This document shows, in pieces, positions 18,923 to 28,577 of a stretch of DNA of 64,000 nucleotides. Origin of the DNA: Eubacteriales bacterium. Lineage in GTDB: Bacteria; Bacillota; Clostridia; Oscillospirales; CAG-272. How positions within the stretch are numbered: the stretch's first letter is position 1; the number at the start of each line of letters is the position of its first letter. The stretch is taken from contig JAZRUS010000072.1 of assembly GCA_045652665.1 (NCBI GenBank), forward strand, positions 10,121-74,120, in the 5' to 3' direction. Under the pieces are notes generated by a model that saw only the letters and a list, made by a program, of their open reading frames with translations, ran no database searches and had not been told where the DNA came from. The position numbers and the translations under genes are program-made.

Positions 18923-20285
18923 TGCTTTCTCCGTTTGATTTCAGATGATCAATAATTCTTTCTGCCCTGATTGCATGAGAAGCCTTAAACAGAATCGTCT
19001 CTCCCGCATTACAGGTGCTTTTTATTTGATTTGCGGTGACGTGCGGAGCATCAAGATCTGTGTTAATAAATATCATTTCATCCCTCATTCCGCCAAGTCT
19101 TGCGCCGTTTGCAATTTGGTGCGCATTTTTTCCGAATGCATATATTCTTCTAAACCCATATTTCACGGCCTCACGTCCGATCATTTCGTGCAGCTCCTTG
19201 CTTCTTTCCCCAAGCTCCAGCATATCTCCGAGCATACAGCTTCTGTCTCCTTTCCTCAGCGCAAGCATTTTCATATCTGCAATGACTGCTTCCGGAGAGG
19301 AGCTGTATGTATCGTCAAATATGTAATATCCTTGGAGCTCGATCAATTTTCCTCTTGTTTCTGAGTTGTCCGCAAAGGGCAGCATTCTTAGTATTTCCTT
19401 TTCGCTGAATCCGATACATTCCATGGCAGATACAGATGCCGCCAACGCGGTCAGGATATGCTCACCTGTGTGATTTGTTCTAAGTCTCACAGATGAGAAG
19501 TGCCTTGTGTGCAGGTCATAGAGCGTATGGTCTGAATGAAGCTCTCTTGGAGTTATAACACAGTCTGCTCCGAGACCGTTTGTAGAAAACGTGTATTTGT
19601 TTTGTATGCACGTTAAAAGAGGTTCTGCATAGGGGATGACCGCATATGGATTATTCATACCAAGAAGTATCTCGCGCTTTGCTTCTGCAATTGCTTCCCG
19701 ATTGCCGAGGTTTCCTACGTGGGCATATCCGATGTTTGTTATAATAGCCAGATCCGGGGATATTGCTCTTGATATTTGTGCAAGTTCGCCACGGTGATTC
19801 ATGCCCGCCTCGATTATAAGTACATCGCTGTTTTTGGGGGTAGAAAGCAGAGTATGGGCGACACCGAGAATGTTGTTATAGTTGTCCTTTGTCGCGTGAA
19901 GCTTGCAACTGTTTGAAAGGAGTGAGGACAAAATGTTCTTGGTTGTCGTTTTTCCAACGCTTCCTGTGATTGCGATCGTTTTTTTGATGTTTAAGCGTTT
20001 TTTGTACATCGATGCGATCTTTAGCAGTGCTTCGTATGTGTCATTTACGTATAGGTCTGCTGTCTGATCGGATGAGGAGAGAATAAATGCGCCATTTTCT
20101 TTTGCTTCTGCAACGTAGACTTCTCCGTCAGATGATTTCCCTCGTAGGGCAACGAAAAGATCTGCATATCCGGCTTCTCTGGAGTCGGTTACAATTGAGT
20201 TGATTGTTTTTTGCTGCTTGGCTGAGAGACCTAGCGCACGAGCCGCCTCGTTAAGTGTTATTGGAATTTCAGTTTTTATTCTCAT
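18915..20285 (-). CDS. murF: UDP-N-acetylmuramoyl-tripeptide--D-alanyl-D-alanine ligase
   Basis: 456 aa with Mur ligase P-loop ITGSVGKTTT. Position is between murE and mraY. Confidence 0.92.
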   Translation of the reverse strand: MRIKTEIPITLNEAARALGLSAKQQKTINSIVTDSREAGYADLFVALRGKSSDGEVYVAEAKENGAFILSSSDQTADLYVNDTYEALLKIASMYKKRLNIKKTIAITGSVGKTTTKNILSSLLSNSCKLHATKDNYNNILGVAHTLLSTPKNSDVLIIEAGMNHRGELAQISRAISPDLAIITNIGYAHVGNLGNREAIAEAKREILLGMNNPYAVIPYAEPLLTCIQNKYTFSTNGLGADCVITPRELHSDHTLYDLHTRHFSSVRLRTNHTGEHILTALAASVSAMECIGFSEKEILRMLPFADNSETRGKLIELQGYYIFDDTYSSSPEAVIADMKMLALRKGDRSCMLGDMLELGERSKELHEMIGREAVKYGFRRIYAFGKNAHQIANGARLGGMRDEMIFINTDLDAPHVTANQIKSTCNAGETILFKASHAIRAERIIDHLKSNGESNA

Positions 20286-21756
20286 AAGTCGATCTTAGTC
20301 GCCTTTTGTTAAGCGCGTCTCTTATTATCTCGCGTTCGTCAAAAGGTGTGTAACCGTTTTTATTTATGTTGTACCGCTCGTGTCCCTTTCCTATTATGGC
20401 GATAATATCTCCGTCTCTTGCCATTTCGATAGCGTGTCGGATAGCCGATTCTCGTGACGTTATTACCGTTCGTCTTTCGGTTGATTCAAATCCTGTGAGA
20501 ATATCTCTGATAATGTCCTCCTCGTTTTCGTTTCGGGGATTATCGTTTGTGACTATAACAAAATCGGAATTCATCTCAGCGGCGCGCGCCATCTTAGGTC
20601 TTTTCGATGCATCTCTTTCTCCCCCACATCCAAAGACTGAATAAATCTTCTGCCCTGAATTTTTAGCAGCATTTATTGCTTTTAAAACGTTTGTCATTGC
20701 TTGTTCGGTATGCGCATAGTCGATTATGACAGTAACGCTATCCTGAATGATCTCAAGTCTGCCGTCTACGGCTTCTATCTCCTTTATAGCTGCTTTTGCC
20801 ACGCATGGCGTAACCCCTAATTGAATTGCCGCGGCAATCGCAAGCATAGAATTATATACGTTATATCCTCCACCGAGTTTAAGCTGCACCCTGAATATCC
20901 TGTGCGCTTCTTTGTAATAATACTCGGATCCGAGGAGTCCGTTCATAGAAAGCTCGCGGGCTACTGCGTCTGCACTGTTGATAATGCCTATAGATGTTTT
21001 TTCTCCGCAAAACATTTCATATGCACGCTTTGAAAATTCATCGTCCATATTAAATACGCCTCTTTTGCTTTGCTCAAAAAGCTTCATTTTTGTTTGAAAA
21101 TATTCTTCCATGCTTTTGTGCAGATCAAGGTGTTCGGGCGAAAGATTTGTGAAAACGGATACCTCGAATAATATCGGCGCAACTTTCTTCAAAAATAATG
21201 AGTGACTGGATACCTCCATAACGATGATCTCGCATTCGCTGTCCTGCATTTTTTTTATGATCGAATATAGCATATCCGGATCGGGGGTGGTCATCGAATA
21301 GGTATTATCGGAGAGTTTTTCACCGTTTATATGGATATTACCCGTACCAATAAAACCGACTCGCATACCGTTTTTTATTAGGATCTTAGTTAGTATTGTT
21401 GCAGTTGTCGTCTTTCCGTTCGTTCCGGTTATACCGCAAAATCGAATTTTGTTTAGATCAAGATGATAAAATCTTGAATAGAGATAGGGAAGAAGTGCTC
21501 GCGTGTCATTTACCCGTATGATGGGAATATCCGTTGATCTAACGAATAATTCGGTATCGCATATGATTGCTGCAGGATTTTTATCGAGCACAGGATCGGT
21601 TAGATTGTTTACGTCAAAGCTTAAGCTGCGAAGTATTACAAAAAGAGTTCTCTCTCTTATGTTTTCTACTTTCGTAGCAATGCTTTCAACGGTGATGCCG
21701 TCGATACATATTTCGGGATAGTATTCGCCGGCGTACAGTATTTCATTAAGCTGCAT
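20269..21756 (-). CDS. murE: UDP-N-acetylmuramoyl-L-alanyl-D-glutamate--2,6-diaminopimelate ligase
   Basis: 495 aa with GITGTNGKTTT and a DNPR motif (VTNDNPRNE), which is typical of meso-DAP-adding MurE. Confidence 0.92.
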   Translation of the reverse strand: MQLNEILYAGEYYPEICIDGITVESIATKVENIRERTLFVILRSLSFDVNNLTDPVLDKNPAAIICDTELFVRSTDIPIIRVNDTRALLPYLYSRFYHLDLNKIRFCGITGTNGKTTTATILTKILIKNGMRVGFIGTGNIHINGEKLSDNTYSMTTPDPDMLYSIIKKMQDSECEIIVMEVSSHSLFLKKVAPILFEVSVFTNLSPEHLDLHKSMEEYFQTKMKLFEQSKRGVFNMDDEFSKRAYEMFCGEKTSIGIINSADAVARELSMNGLLGSEYYYKEAHRIFRVQLKLGGGYNVYNSMLAIAAAIQLGVTPCVAKAAIKEIEAVDGRLEIIQDSVTVIIDYAHTEQAMTNVLKAINAAKNSGQKIYSVFGCGGERDASKRPKMARAAEMNSDFVIVTNDNPRNENEEDIIRDILTGFESTERRTVITSRESAIRHAIEMARDGDIIAIIGKGHERYNINKNGYTPFDEREIIRDALNKRRLRSTYENKN

Positions 21757-21758
21757 AA

Positions 21759-24002
21759 TCAGTCCTCGTAATCCGTAATAAGTGTTTTCAAAATAATTAC
21801 TTCACCGCGCTTTACTTTAGCACCGAGCGGAAGAGACTGTTCTACGACGGTTCCGCCGTTGCCACAGCCTTGTATAGATATATTTAATCCCGCATTTATA
21901 GCTATCTCTGCGGCTTCTTCTATTTTTGCTCCTATAAGACTCGGAACGCGGGTATACTCGTTTGTATGTGTTGTGTAAAGTATAATGCGGGAGAGCGATG
22001 AATTTATCACGTCCAGTTCGCCGGGTGACTGTGCAACAACGGTGTCTCCGTCTCCAACCACCTCATAATTTAACTTCTTTTCTTTGAGTGATGAGATTGC
22101 ATCTTCAATACTTGATCCGACATAGTTATCAACATCGCAGTTTATGCTTTGCTCGGTGGATTCATATTCAAGATAGGGAAGTATCTTAGTGAGAAGATTT
22201 GATATGTACGGTGCGGCTACTACACTTCCGTACTTTACCGATGTAGTCGGCTCGTCAACTACGATTATGGCAGCGATTCCCGAACCGTCGGAGGGGGCAA
22301 AGGCTACGGTTGAGCCTATTCTCAGATATGAATTACCGTTTTCGTCAAGAACGTCGAATTTTTGTGAGGTGCCGGTTTTTGCGGCGACCTTGTATCCTTC
22401 CACACGTGCATTTTTTGCACCACCTTCACCGCTTACACCGCGCTCAAGAATATCTGATACTGAGGCGGCAATGTCCGCAGGTATTACTACTCTGCGCTCC
22501 TGTACAGTATGCTCACTTACTATATTTCCGTCAGGATCTATCACTTTGTCTACTACGTACGGTGTAACAAGCTTTCCGCCGTTTGCTACAGCTGCGATAG
22601 CTGTAAGATGATTTATTACTGTAACCTTAAAGCGTTGTCCGAAGGATATTGTTGCGAGCTCGGTTGACCCGATATTTTCCGGTTTGTGAAATATTGTTGA
22701 TGCTTCGCTTGGCAGATCTATTCCGGTTTTTTCAAAGTAACCGAAATTCTCTATGTAGGAATAGAAGCTTTCTGCTCCAAGTCTTTCGGCAATCTGCATC
22801 ATAGTTGGGTTGCAGGACATTTGCAGACCGTATGCGAGATCGAATCCCGAGCCGTGTCCCGTAATCTTGTGGCATTTTATGCGCCACCCGCCGACCTCGT
22901 AAAATCCGGCGCAGGAAAATCTGTCTTGAAGCGTTACAACACCCTCAGCAAGTGCCGCTGAAACAGTAATTATTTTGAAGGTTGAACCGGGCTCGTAGGT
23001 TTCGCTGATTGCCTTGTTTGACCACATTATATCAAGAAGCTCTCGCTTAAGCTTTTTGTATTCTTCACTGTTTTCGTTGTATCCGGATTCCGCAAGTCGC
23101 GCGGCAGAGAGCGAGTCGAGAGTATACGGATCGTTTGGGTCGAACGGAGAGGAGGTAGCCATTGCAAGGATTGCTCCGGTGGTGGTATCCATTACCACGC
23201 CGGTGACTCTGTTTTGAACCGAGTGATTGACAACTATGCTTTCCAGCTGGCATTCAAGCTCCTTTTGAACGTATGAATCTATCGTTGTGATCAGGCTGTT
23301 TCCGTCAACGGCGGAAACGTAGGTTGAATACTCGGTATTCATTGCATTTCCGTTGGCATCTTTTGCATAAAGATAGTAGCCGTCTTTTCCGGCAAGCTGC
23401 TTTTCATAATAGTATTCAAGTCCGTAAAGTCCTTGATTATCACTTCCTGTGAAGCCAAGCACGTGCGCAGCAAGCGTACCCTCCGGGTAATAGCGCGAGC
23501 TTTGCGCTTCTGTAAAAATCAGATCTTCAAGAGAATTTTGTTTTATAAACTCGAGGACCTTAAGATACTCCTCCTCAGAGGCGGATTTTTTTATTGTCAC
23601 GTCGAGGACGTTCGTTTTTTGTATTTTTTCAAGCAGAGCGGAAGAAGAAAGACCGAGAATTTCTGCAAGTCCGTTTGAAATCAGTGAAGAATAATCAAAG
23701 TTCTTTTCCTTTTCTGCCTTTTTTATATCTCTTGTAGAGATAAAAATACGCCATTCTGTATTCGTGGTTGCAAGCAACGTCATGTTGGCGTCGTATATAT
23801 TACCTCGCTCTGCGCGTTGAGGTGTGCTTGTCGTAATCTGATCGTATACCTTTTGCTTGTGATAATCATAGCCGAGTATCTGTAGCTTAAAAAGATTAAA
23901 GATGAGATACGTTGCGAAGGTTATAAATACGACGGATGCTATAATTATTCTTTTTTTAGCTCTGAGTACGCTATTGCTTACTCCGATATAATTATTCTTC
24001 AT
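21759..24002 (-). CDS. class B penicillin-binding protein (FtsI/PBP2B/SpoVD type) with C-terminal PASTA domains
   Basis: ATG at 24002 follows GAGGAA (MKNNYIGV...). Transpeptidase motifs STFK, SCN, KTGT. Two PASTA-like repeats at the C-terminus. Confidence 0.9.
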   Translation of the reverse strand: MKNNYIGVSNSVLRAKKRIIIASVVFITFATYLIFNLFKLQILGYDYHKQKVYDQITTSTPQRAERGNIYDANMTLLATTNTEWRIFISTRDIKKAEKEKNFDYSSLISNGLAEILGLSSSALLEKIQKTNVLDVTIKKSASEEEYLKVLEFIKQNSLEDLIFTEAQSSRYYPEGTLAAHVLGFTGSDNQGLYGLEYYYEKQLAGKDGYYLYAKDANGNAMNTEYSTYVSAVDGNSLITTIDSYVQKELECQLESIVVNHSVQNRVTGVVMDTTTGAILAMATSSPFDPNDPYTLDSLSAARLAESGYNENSEEYKKLKRELLDIMWSNKAISETYEPGSTFKIITVSAALAEGVVTLQDRFSCAGFYEVGGWRIKCHKITGHGSGFDLAYGLQMSCNPTMMQIAERLGAESFYSYIENFGYFEKTGIDLPSEASTIFHKPENIGSTELATISFGQRFKVTVINHLTAIAAVANGGKLVTPYVVDKVIDPDGNIVSEHTVQERRVVIPADIAASVSDILERGVSGEGGAKNARVEGYKVAAKTGTSQKFDVLDENGNSYLRIGSTVAFAPSDGSGIAAIIVVDEPTTSVKYGSVVAAPYISNLLTKILPYLEYESTEQSINCDVDNYVGSSIEDAISSLKEKKLNYEVVGDGDTVVAQSPGELDVINSSLSRIILYTTHTNEYTRVPSLIGAKIEEAAEIAINAGLNISIQGCGNGGTVVEQSLPLGAKVKRGEVIILKTLITDYED

Positions 24003-24084
24003 AAATTCCTCAAAAACAAAATATAGCGATGGCACGGATGTACCATCGCTATATCTTATTTATCATTTACATAATTTATGAGGA

Positions 24085-24510
24085 TTATTTTTCGGTTGTT
24101 TGATAATCTTCAGAAGTTTCGTCAGCACTTTCGGTTACTTCAACCGTTGAGGGGGTGGTGTTTGAAGCACCGCGAAGGGTAACTGCTCCGTATGAAATCA
24201 AAAGAGTGCATGCGATTACAGCTGAAAGAACCGCCGCAAGGGAAGTTCTGAGCGGGAATCTTCTTATCGTCTTGTCCTTTGCCGGAGGAGTTTTTACGGT
24301 AAGCTTATCGTTTACATATTTAAAGAAGGCAGTTACTGCAGTTTCATTAGCATTCTGGCTTCTTACGGCAGGAAGGGACGAGGTGGCATTCTTTTGTCCT
24401 GCCTTGATAAGCATAAACTCACCGAGAGTATATTCACGGTTTTCGTTGATAACGGTAAATCTATTTTTCATGTTATTGTAAAGATTTTCATATACGTTAA
24501 CTGCTTTCAT
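24085..24510 (-). CDS. small membrane protein in the ftsL position of the dcw cluster
   Basis: 141 aa with a good RBS (AAGGAG, 7 nt). A single TM helix (AAVLSAVIACTLLISYGAV) sits near residue 95. About 90 aa lie N-terminal to it, and only a ~30-aa T/S/E-rich tail lies after it. Confidence 0.5.
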   Translation of the reverse strand: MKAVNVYENLYNNMKNRFTVINENREYTLGEFMLIKAGQKNATSSLPAVRSQNANETAVTAFFKYVNDKLTVKTPPAKDKTIRRFPLRTSLAAVLSAVIACTLLISYGAVTLRGASNTTPSTVEVTESADETSEDYQTTEK

Positions 24511-24520
24511 TTTTTTCTCC

Positions 24521-25465
24521 TTAAATTTTTTCCGCGATCCTGAGCTTTGCGCTTCTGGAGCGTGGATTAATATTCAATTCATCCTCGGAAGGAAGTATTG
24601 GTTTTTTTGTAACATCTTTCACAGAGGCCTTGTTTCCGCACACGCAAACGGGGAAGTCGCGCGGACAGGTGCATCCGGAGGAAAGAGCGCGGTAGGTCTG
24701 CTTGACTATTCGATCCTCAAGCGAGTGGAATGAGATGATCGCAAGTCTTCCCGAGTGAATGAGATTTCTTGCGGCACCCCGGATCATTGGCTCTATAACG
24801 TCAAGCTCGGCATTGACCTCAATCCTTATAGCTTGGAAGGTTCTTTTTGAAGGATGAGGTCCATCAATTCTTGCCGCCTTTGGAATTGCGGATTTAATTA
24901 TGTCGGTTAATTCAAATGTTGTTTTGATGGGAGATAAGCTTCTTCTTTTTACGATCTCGGATGCAATACGGGGGGCAAATCTTTCCTCGCCGTATTCGTA
25001 TATTATTCTTTTTAGATCTGACTCGGAATATTCGTTAACGACCGTATATGCGGTGAGGGGGGAATCGATATCCATTCGCATATCAAGTTCGGCATCGTGC
25101 ATATAGCTGAATCCGCGCTCCGGTGAATCAAATTGGAAGGAGCTGCATCCCAGATCCGCAAGCACACCGCCGAGATTGTTAATATGCATATCTCTGATCA
25201 CGTCTTCAAGAGCAGAGAAGTTATCATTTATGAACGTAACCTTGTCTAAATAGTCCTTTAATCTCTCGGTAGCAGCCTTAATGGCACTTTTGTCGCGGTC
25301 AAAGCAGATAAGCCTTGAATTTTCGCCAAGGCGTTTTGCTATTTCAAGCGAGTGACCGCCACCGCCTGCCGTGCAGTCTATGTAGGTATATCCATCTCTT
25401 ATATTAAGCGCATCTATGCATTCGTACAGTAGCACGGAGGTGTGTGAGAAGGGGATATCCGGCAT
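24521..25465 (-). CDS. rsmH: 16S rRNA (cytosine1402-N4)-methyltransferase
   Basis: 314 aa with HTSVLL, DCTAGGGGHS, SFHSLEDR. Confidence 0.95.
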   Translation of the reverse strand: MPDIPFSHTSVLLYECIDALNIRDGYTYIDCTAGGGGHSLEIAKRLGENSRLICFDRDKSAIKAATERLKDYLDKVTFINDNFSALEDVIRDMHINNLGGVLADLGCSSFQFDSPERGFSYMHDAELDMRMDIDSPLTAYTVVNEYSESDLKRIIYEYGEERFAPRIASEIVKRRSLSPIKTTFELTDIIKSAIPKAARIDGPHPSKRTFQAIRIEVNAELDVIEPMIRGAARNLIHSGRLAIISFHSLEDRIVKQTYRALSSGCTCPRDFPVCVCGNKASVKDVTKKPILPSEDELNINPRSRSAKLRIAEKI

Positions 25466-25487
25466 TTTGTTATCCTTTCAGTATAGA

Positions 25488-25910
25488 TTAAAGCCCGTAT
25501 TGGCGCATAATTTCGCGCATCTTATCGTAGTTACGATTCTGTTCGCGCTCGTTCCATATTTCCTCGGCCCATACTCGTATCTGCTTTCCTGAGCCCACAA
25601 ATGCTATATTCTTTTCTATTTTTGCATGCTTCAGAAGCCTGTCGTCAAGAATTATTCTTCCGTTTGAATCGGGAACGCACTTCTGAGCGGCACCGAGAAT
25701 GAAATCCTGAAATTCATCCGCATCCGCTTCGGGGAGCTTTGAGATCTTGTCCACGTATGCCTCCCAGTCCTCAGCGGTATAAATGGAGAGGTAAGCATCG
25801 AATTTTCTTGTAATGTAAAATTCATCGCCAAGTTCTTCACGGAACTTAGACGGAACGAAAACGCGCTTTTTTGAATCAAGCGAATGGTTGTACGTACCGA
25901 CGAATGACAT
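25488..25910 (-). CDS. mraZ: division/cell wall cluster transcriptional regulator MraZ
   Basis: The start MSFVGTYNHSLDSKKRVFVPSKFR at 25910 follows AAGGAGG. There are two SpoVT/AbrB-like halves. The 32-codon extension in the ORF track is rejected. Confidence 0.93.
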   Translation of the reverse strand: MSFVGTYNHSLDSKKRVFVPSKFREELGDEFYITRKFDAYLSIYTAEDWEAYVDKISKLPEADADEFQDFILGAAQKCVPDSNGRIILDDRLLKHAKIEKNIAFVGSGKQIRVWAEEIWNEREQNRNYDKMREIMRQYGL

Positions 25911-25969
25911 ATTCTTACCTCCTTCTTTCGTTTTTGTTTGGGGAATATAGGACGAATTGTGGACAATTG

Positions 25970-26024
25970 CCCCACTTCTACCCACTTTGCTACTATTATA
26001 ATACACTTTTTAATAAAAATCAAT
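25970..26024 (-). promoter_or_regulatory. dcw (mra) promoter with MraZ-box repeats
   Basis: On the minus strand: TTGATT (26019-26024), 18-nt spacer, TATAAT (25995-26000). AAAAGTGT lies in the spacer (26003-26010). AAAGTGGG (25981-25988) and AAGTGGGG (25970-25977) lie 10 bp apart just downstream of the -10 box. Confidence 0.6.
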
Positions 26025-26148
26025 AGTTTTTAGAAAAAATTTCAAAAATTATAAATTTTTTTCCAAAGATATGAAAAAAAAATAAAAAGGCTTCCATTTC
26101 TTCGTTTTTTATGGTAGAATATCAGTAGTTTTAATTGAGGTGTATAAC

Positions 26149-26487
26149 ATGTCATTTTTTTCTAAGCTGCTGGGGCGTGACAAAAATACTAGTAGCTATG
26201 CATTCAGATTAGAGCGCGCAAAATCTCTGCATGGACAGGTAATAAAATACGTGACTGAAAACCGTGACGGAAATGAAGACGTTGTCGGCAGGGGAGGTTC
26301 GCTTTGTTTGCACGGTGATAGCTTTATTGTAGATTCATCGGGCGAAAGGTTGTTTTCTTGTAACGTTCGCGATCTTGAAGCGAGTAGTCTTATGAGCGGT
26401 GACGGAGTCGTAATAAAGGGGCCTGACTCCTTACACGGTAACATTGTCAGAACTATTACCGTTCATTTCGTTTACTACCGAAAGTAA
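26149..26487 (+). CDS. hypothetical protein (112 aa)
   Basis: The ATG at 26149 follows GAGGTG. There are no recognisable motifs. It is upstream of ispD on the same strand. Confidence 0.5.
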   Translation: MSFFSKLLGRDKNTSSYAFRLERAKSLHGQVIKYVTENRDGNEDVVGRGGSLCLHGDSFIVDSSGERLFSCNVRDLEASSLMSGDGVVIKGPDSLHGNIVRTITVHFVYYRK

Positions 26488-26521
26488 GCTATATATAATA
26501 TTAATGTAGAAAGGCTTTGAT

Positions 26522-27214
26522 ATGGGCAACTGTGTTACGGCTATAATTCTTGCCGCAGGAAGCGGAACTCGTATGAATAATGACATACCGAAGCAACATA
26601 TTCTTCTTCACGGTGAAAGCATTTTAAGACGGGCTGTTTTGGCATTTGAGGGCTGTGAGGACGTTGATTCAATTATTGTTGTTGCCCGTGCGGGTGAGCT
26701 CGAAACTGTTAATTCCGAGCTTTGTGATATTAAAAAGCTGTTGAAAGTCATTCCCGGCGGCAAAACACGTGCAGAATCTGCCGCGCTTGGTTTTTCCGAG
26801 ATATGTAATGAGTGCGAATATGTAGCAATACATGATGCGGCAAGGTGCTTTGTTACTTCGGATATGATATCAGCTGTAATTTCTGATGCAAAAAAACACG
26901 GCGCAGCGACGGCATCATCGCTTGTCACGGATACTGTTAAATTTGTCGGTGAAAACGGACATATTGTCAATACCGTTGACAGAAGTAAGTTACGAACTGT
27001 CCAGACACCGCAGGTTTTCAGCTCTGATCTGTATAGAAAAGCACTTGATGCATCCGATCCTTCGGATTCCGCTATAACCGATGATAATGTTTTGATGGAG
27101 AGAATCGGGGTTGACGTATTCTGCACCGATACGGGCAAGGCAAATTTCAAGATCACGACCTCTGAGGATCTTAATTACGCAATATTTTTACTGAACGGAG
27201 ATAAAGATGTCTGA
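26522..27214 (+). CDS. ispD: 2-C-methyl-D-erythritol 4-phosphate cytidylyltransferase
   Basis: 230 aa with AIILAAGSGTRM, AIHDAARCF, VQTPQVF. Confidence 0.93.
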   Translation: MGNCVTAIILAAGSGTRMNNDIPKQHILLHGESILRRAVLAFEGCEDVDSIIVVARAGELETVNSELCDIKKLLKVIPGGKTRAESAALGFSEICNECEYVAIHDAARCFVTSDMISAVISDAKKHGAATASSLVTDTVKFVGENGHIVNTVDRSKLRTVQTPQVFSSDLYRKALDASDPSDSAITDDNVLMERIGVDVFCTDTGKANFKITTSEDLNYAIFLLNGDKDV

Positions 27215-27710
27215 TTACAGAATAGGTCACGGATATGACGTTCATAAGCTTGCAGCCGGACGTCGGCTCATACTCGGCGGTGTTGAAATACCTCATCACC
27301 TTGGCTTGCTTGGACATTCGGACGCCGACGTTTTGATACATGCTGTTATGGATGCTATCGTCGGGGCGCTCGGTGAGGGGGACATAGGACGCCATTTTCC
27401 CGACACGTCGAATGAATTTAAGGATATTTCCAGTATGAATCTGCTCGTCAGAATCAAGGCTCTTATGGAAAAGCGCGGAGCCGAAATAGTAAATTTGGAT
27501 ACCACGCTGATACTTCAAAAGCCAAAGATCGCTTCGTATATAGATATGATGAAAACGAACATCTCGTTTGCCCTCGGATGCGACGAGTCCTGTGTAAACG
27601 TAAAGGCAACTACGGAGGAGCATCTTGGATTTACCGGGCGTGAGGAGGGAATATCTGCTCACGCAGTAGTGCTTCTCAAAATAAAAAATAAGGTACCTCA
27701 CTTACTGTAA
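27207..27710 (+). CDS. ispF: 2-C-methyl-D-erythritol 2,4-cyclodiphosphate synthase
   Basis: 167 aa with RIGHGYDVH, GHSDADVLIHA, EEHLGFTGR. It overlaps ispD by 8 nt. Confidence 0.95.
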   Translation: MSDYRIGHGYDVHKLAAGRRLILGGVEIPHHLGLLGHSDADVLIHAVMDAIVGALGEGDIGRHFPDTSNEFKDISSMNLLVRIKALMEKRGAEIVNLDTTLILQKPKIASYIDMMKTNISFALGCDESCVNVKATTEEHLGFTGREEGISAHAVVLLKIKNKVPHLL

Positions 27711-27865
27711 GGTACCAATCATAAGACCGGCAATACGTGATAAAATCCGAGGAACTTCCTTTTCTTTAATGTCGATATCACGGTGCCGGCCGAGACATAG
27801 CCTCTATATCAAGGTATGCAATTGATTTTAAACTGCTACTTATGCAATGAAAGGAATATAATAAA

Positions 27866-28510
27866 ATGATTAAGATTTCACCGTCCGCACTTGCGTGCGA
27901 TCTTGCAAGAATGGGGGATGAGATAAACGAGATCTCGAAGGCAGGCGCCGATATGATCCATCTTGACGTTATGGACGGCGTATTCGTTCCGAATAGTACC
28001 TTCGGACTTGCCGTTCTTGAGTCACTTCGCAAAAAAACCGATATATTTTTTGACGTGCATCTTATGATTGTAAACCCCGAGAAGTACGTTGAAAGGTACA
28101 TAACCGAATGCGGCGCTAATCTTGTTACCTTCCATCTTGAGGCAACCGATGTTGCCGACGAATGCATCGAAGCTATAAAAAAGCATGGTAAAAAAGCGGC
28201 TGTTTCAATAAAACCTGCAACTCCGGTTGACATGGTTTTCCCCTATCTTGATAGGGTGGATATGGTTCTCATTATGACGGTTGAACCGGGATTCGGGGGT
28301 CAGTCGTTTATGTATGATATGCTTGAAAAAGTCAAGGCTCTTCGCGCTGAGATCGAACGCCGCGGACTTAACGTGGATATTCAGGTCGACGGCGGAATAA
28401 ATTCCGAAACCGCAAAGCTTGCCGTCAGCGCGGGCGCAAACGTCCTCGTCGCCGGAAGCGCCGTCTTTAAAGCAGAGGATAGATCAGCCGCGATAAACTC
28501 GCTCAGATAA
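27866..28510 (+). CDS. rpe: ribulose-phosphate 3-epimerase
   Basis: 214 aa with PSALACD, HLDVMDG.FVPN, MTVEPGFGGQ.F, VDGGI. Confidence 0.95.
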   Translation: MIKISPSALACDLARMGDEINEISKAGADMIHLDVMDGVFVPNSTFGLAVLESLRKKTDIFFDVHLMIVNPEKYVERYITECGANLVTFHLEATDVADECIEAIKKHGKKAAVSIKPATPVDMVFPYLDRVDMVLIMTVEPGFGGQSFMYDMLEKVKALRAEIERRGLNVDIQVDGGINSETAKLAVSAGANVLVAGSAVFKAEDRSAAINSLR

Positions 28511-28512
28511 AT

Positions 28513-28551
28513 AAAAATGCGTTGTGTTCTGAAAAACACAACGCATTTTTT
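28513..28551. terminator. bidirectional terminator between rpe and ruvB
   Basis: ATGCGTTGTGTT (28517-28528) pairs with AACACAACGCAT (28535-28546), with an A-run before and a T-run after. Confidence 0.8.
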
Positions 28552-28577
28552 GTAAGATGATAATATACTGCTCTGTT

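Noticed and set aside
27683-27715. A hairpin GGTACCT...AGGTACC overlaps the ispF stop codon and could be a terminator.
   Set aside because: It is not followed by a U-tract (AATCATAAG). It may be a processing or stability element, but there is no support for termination.
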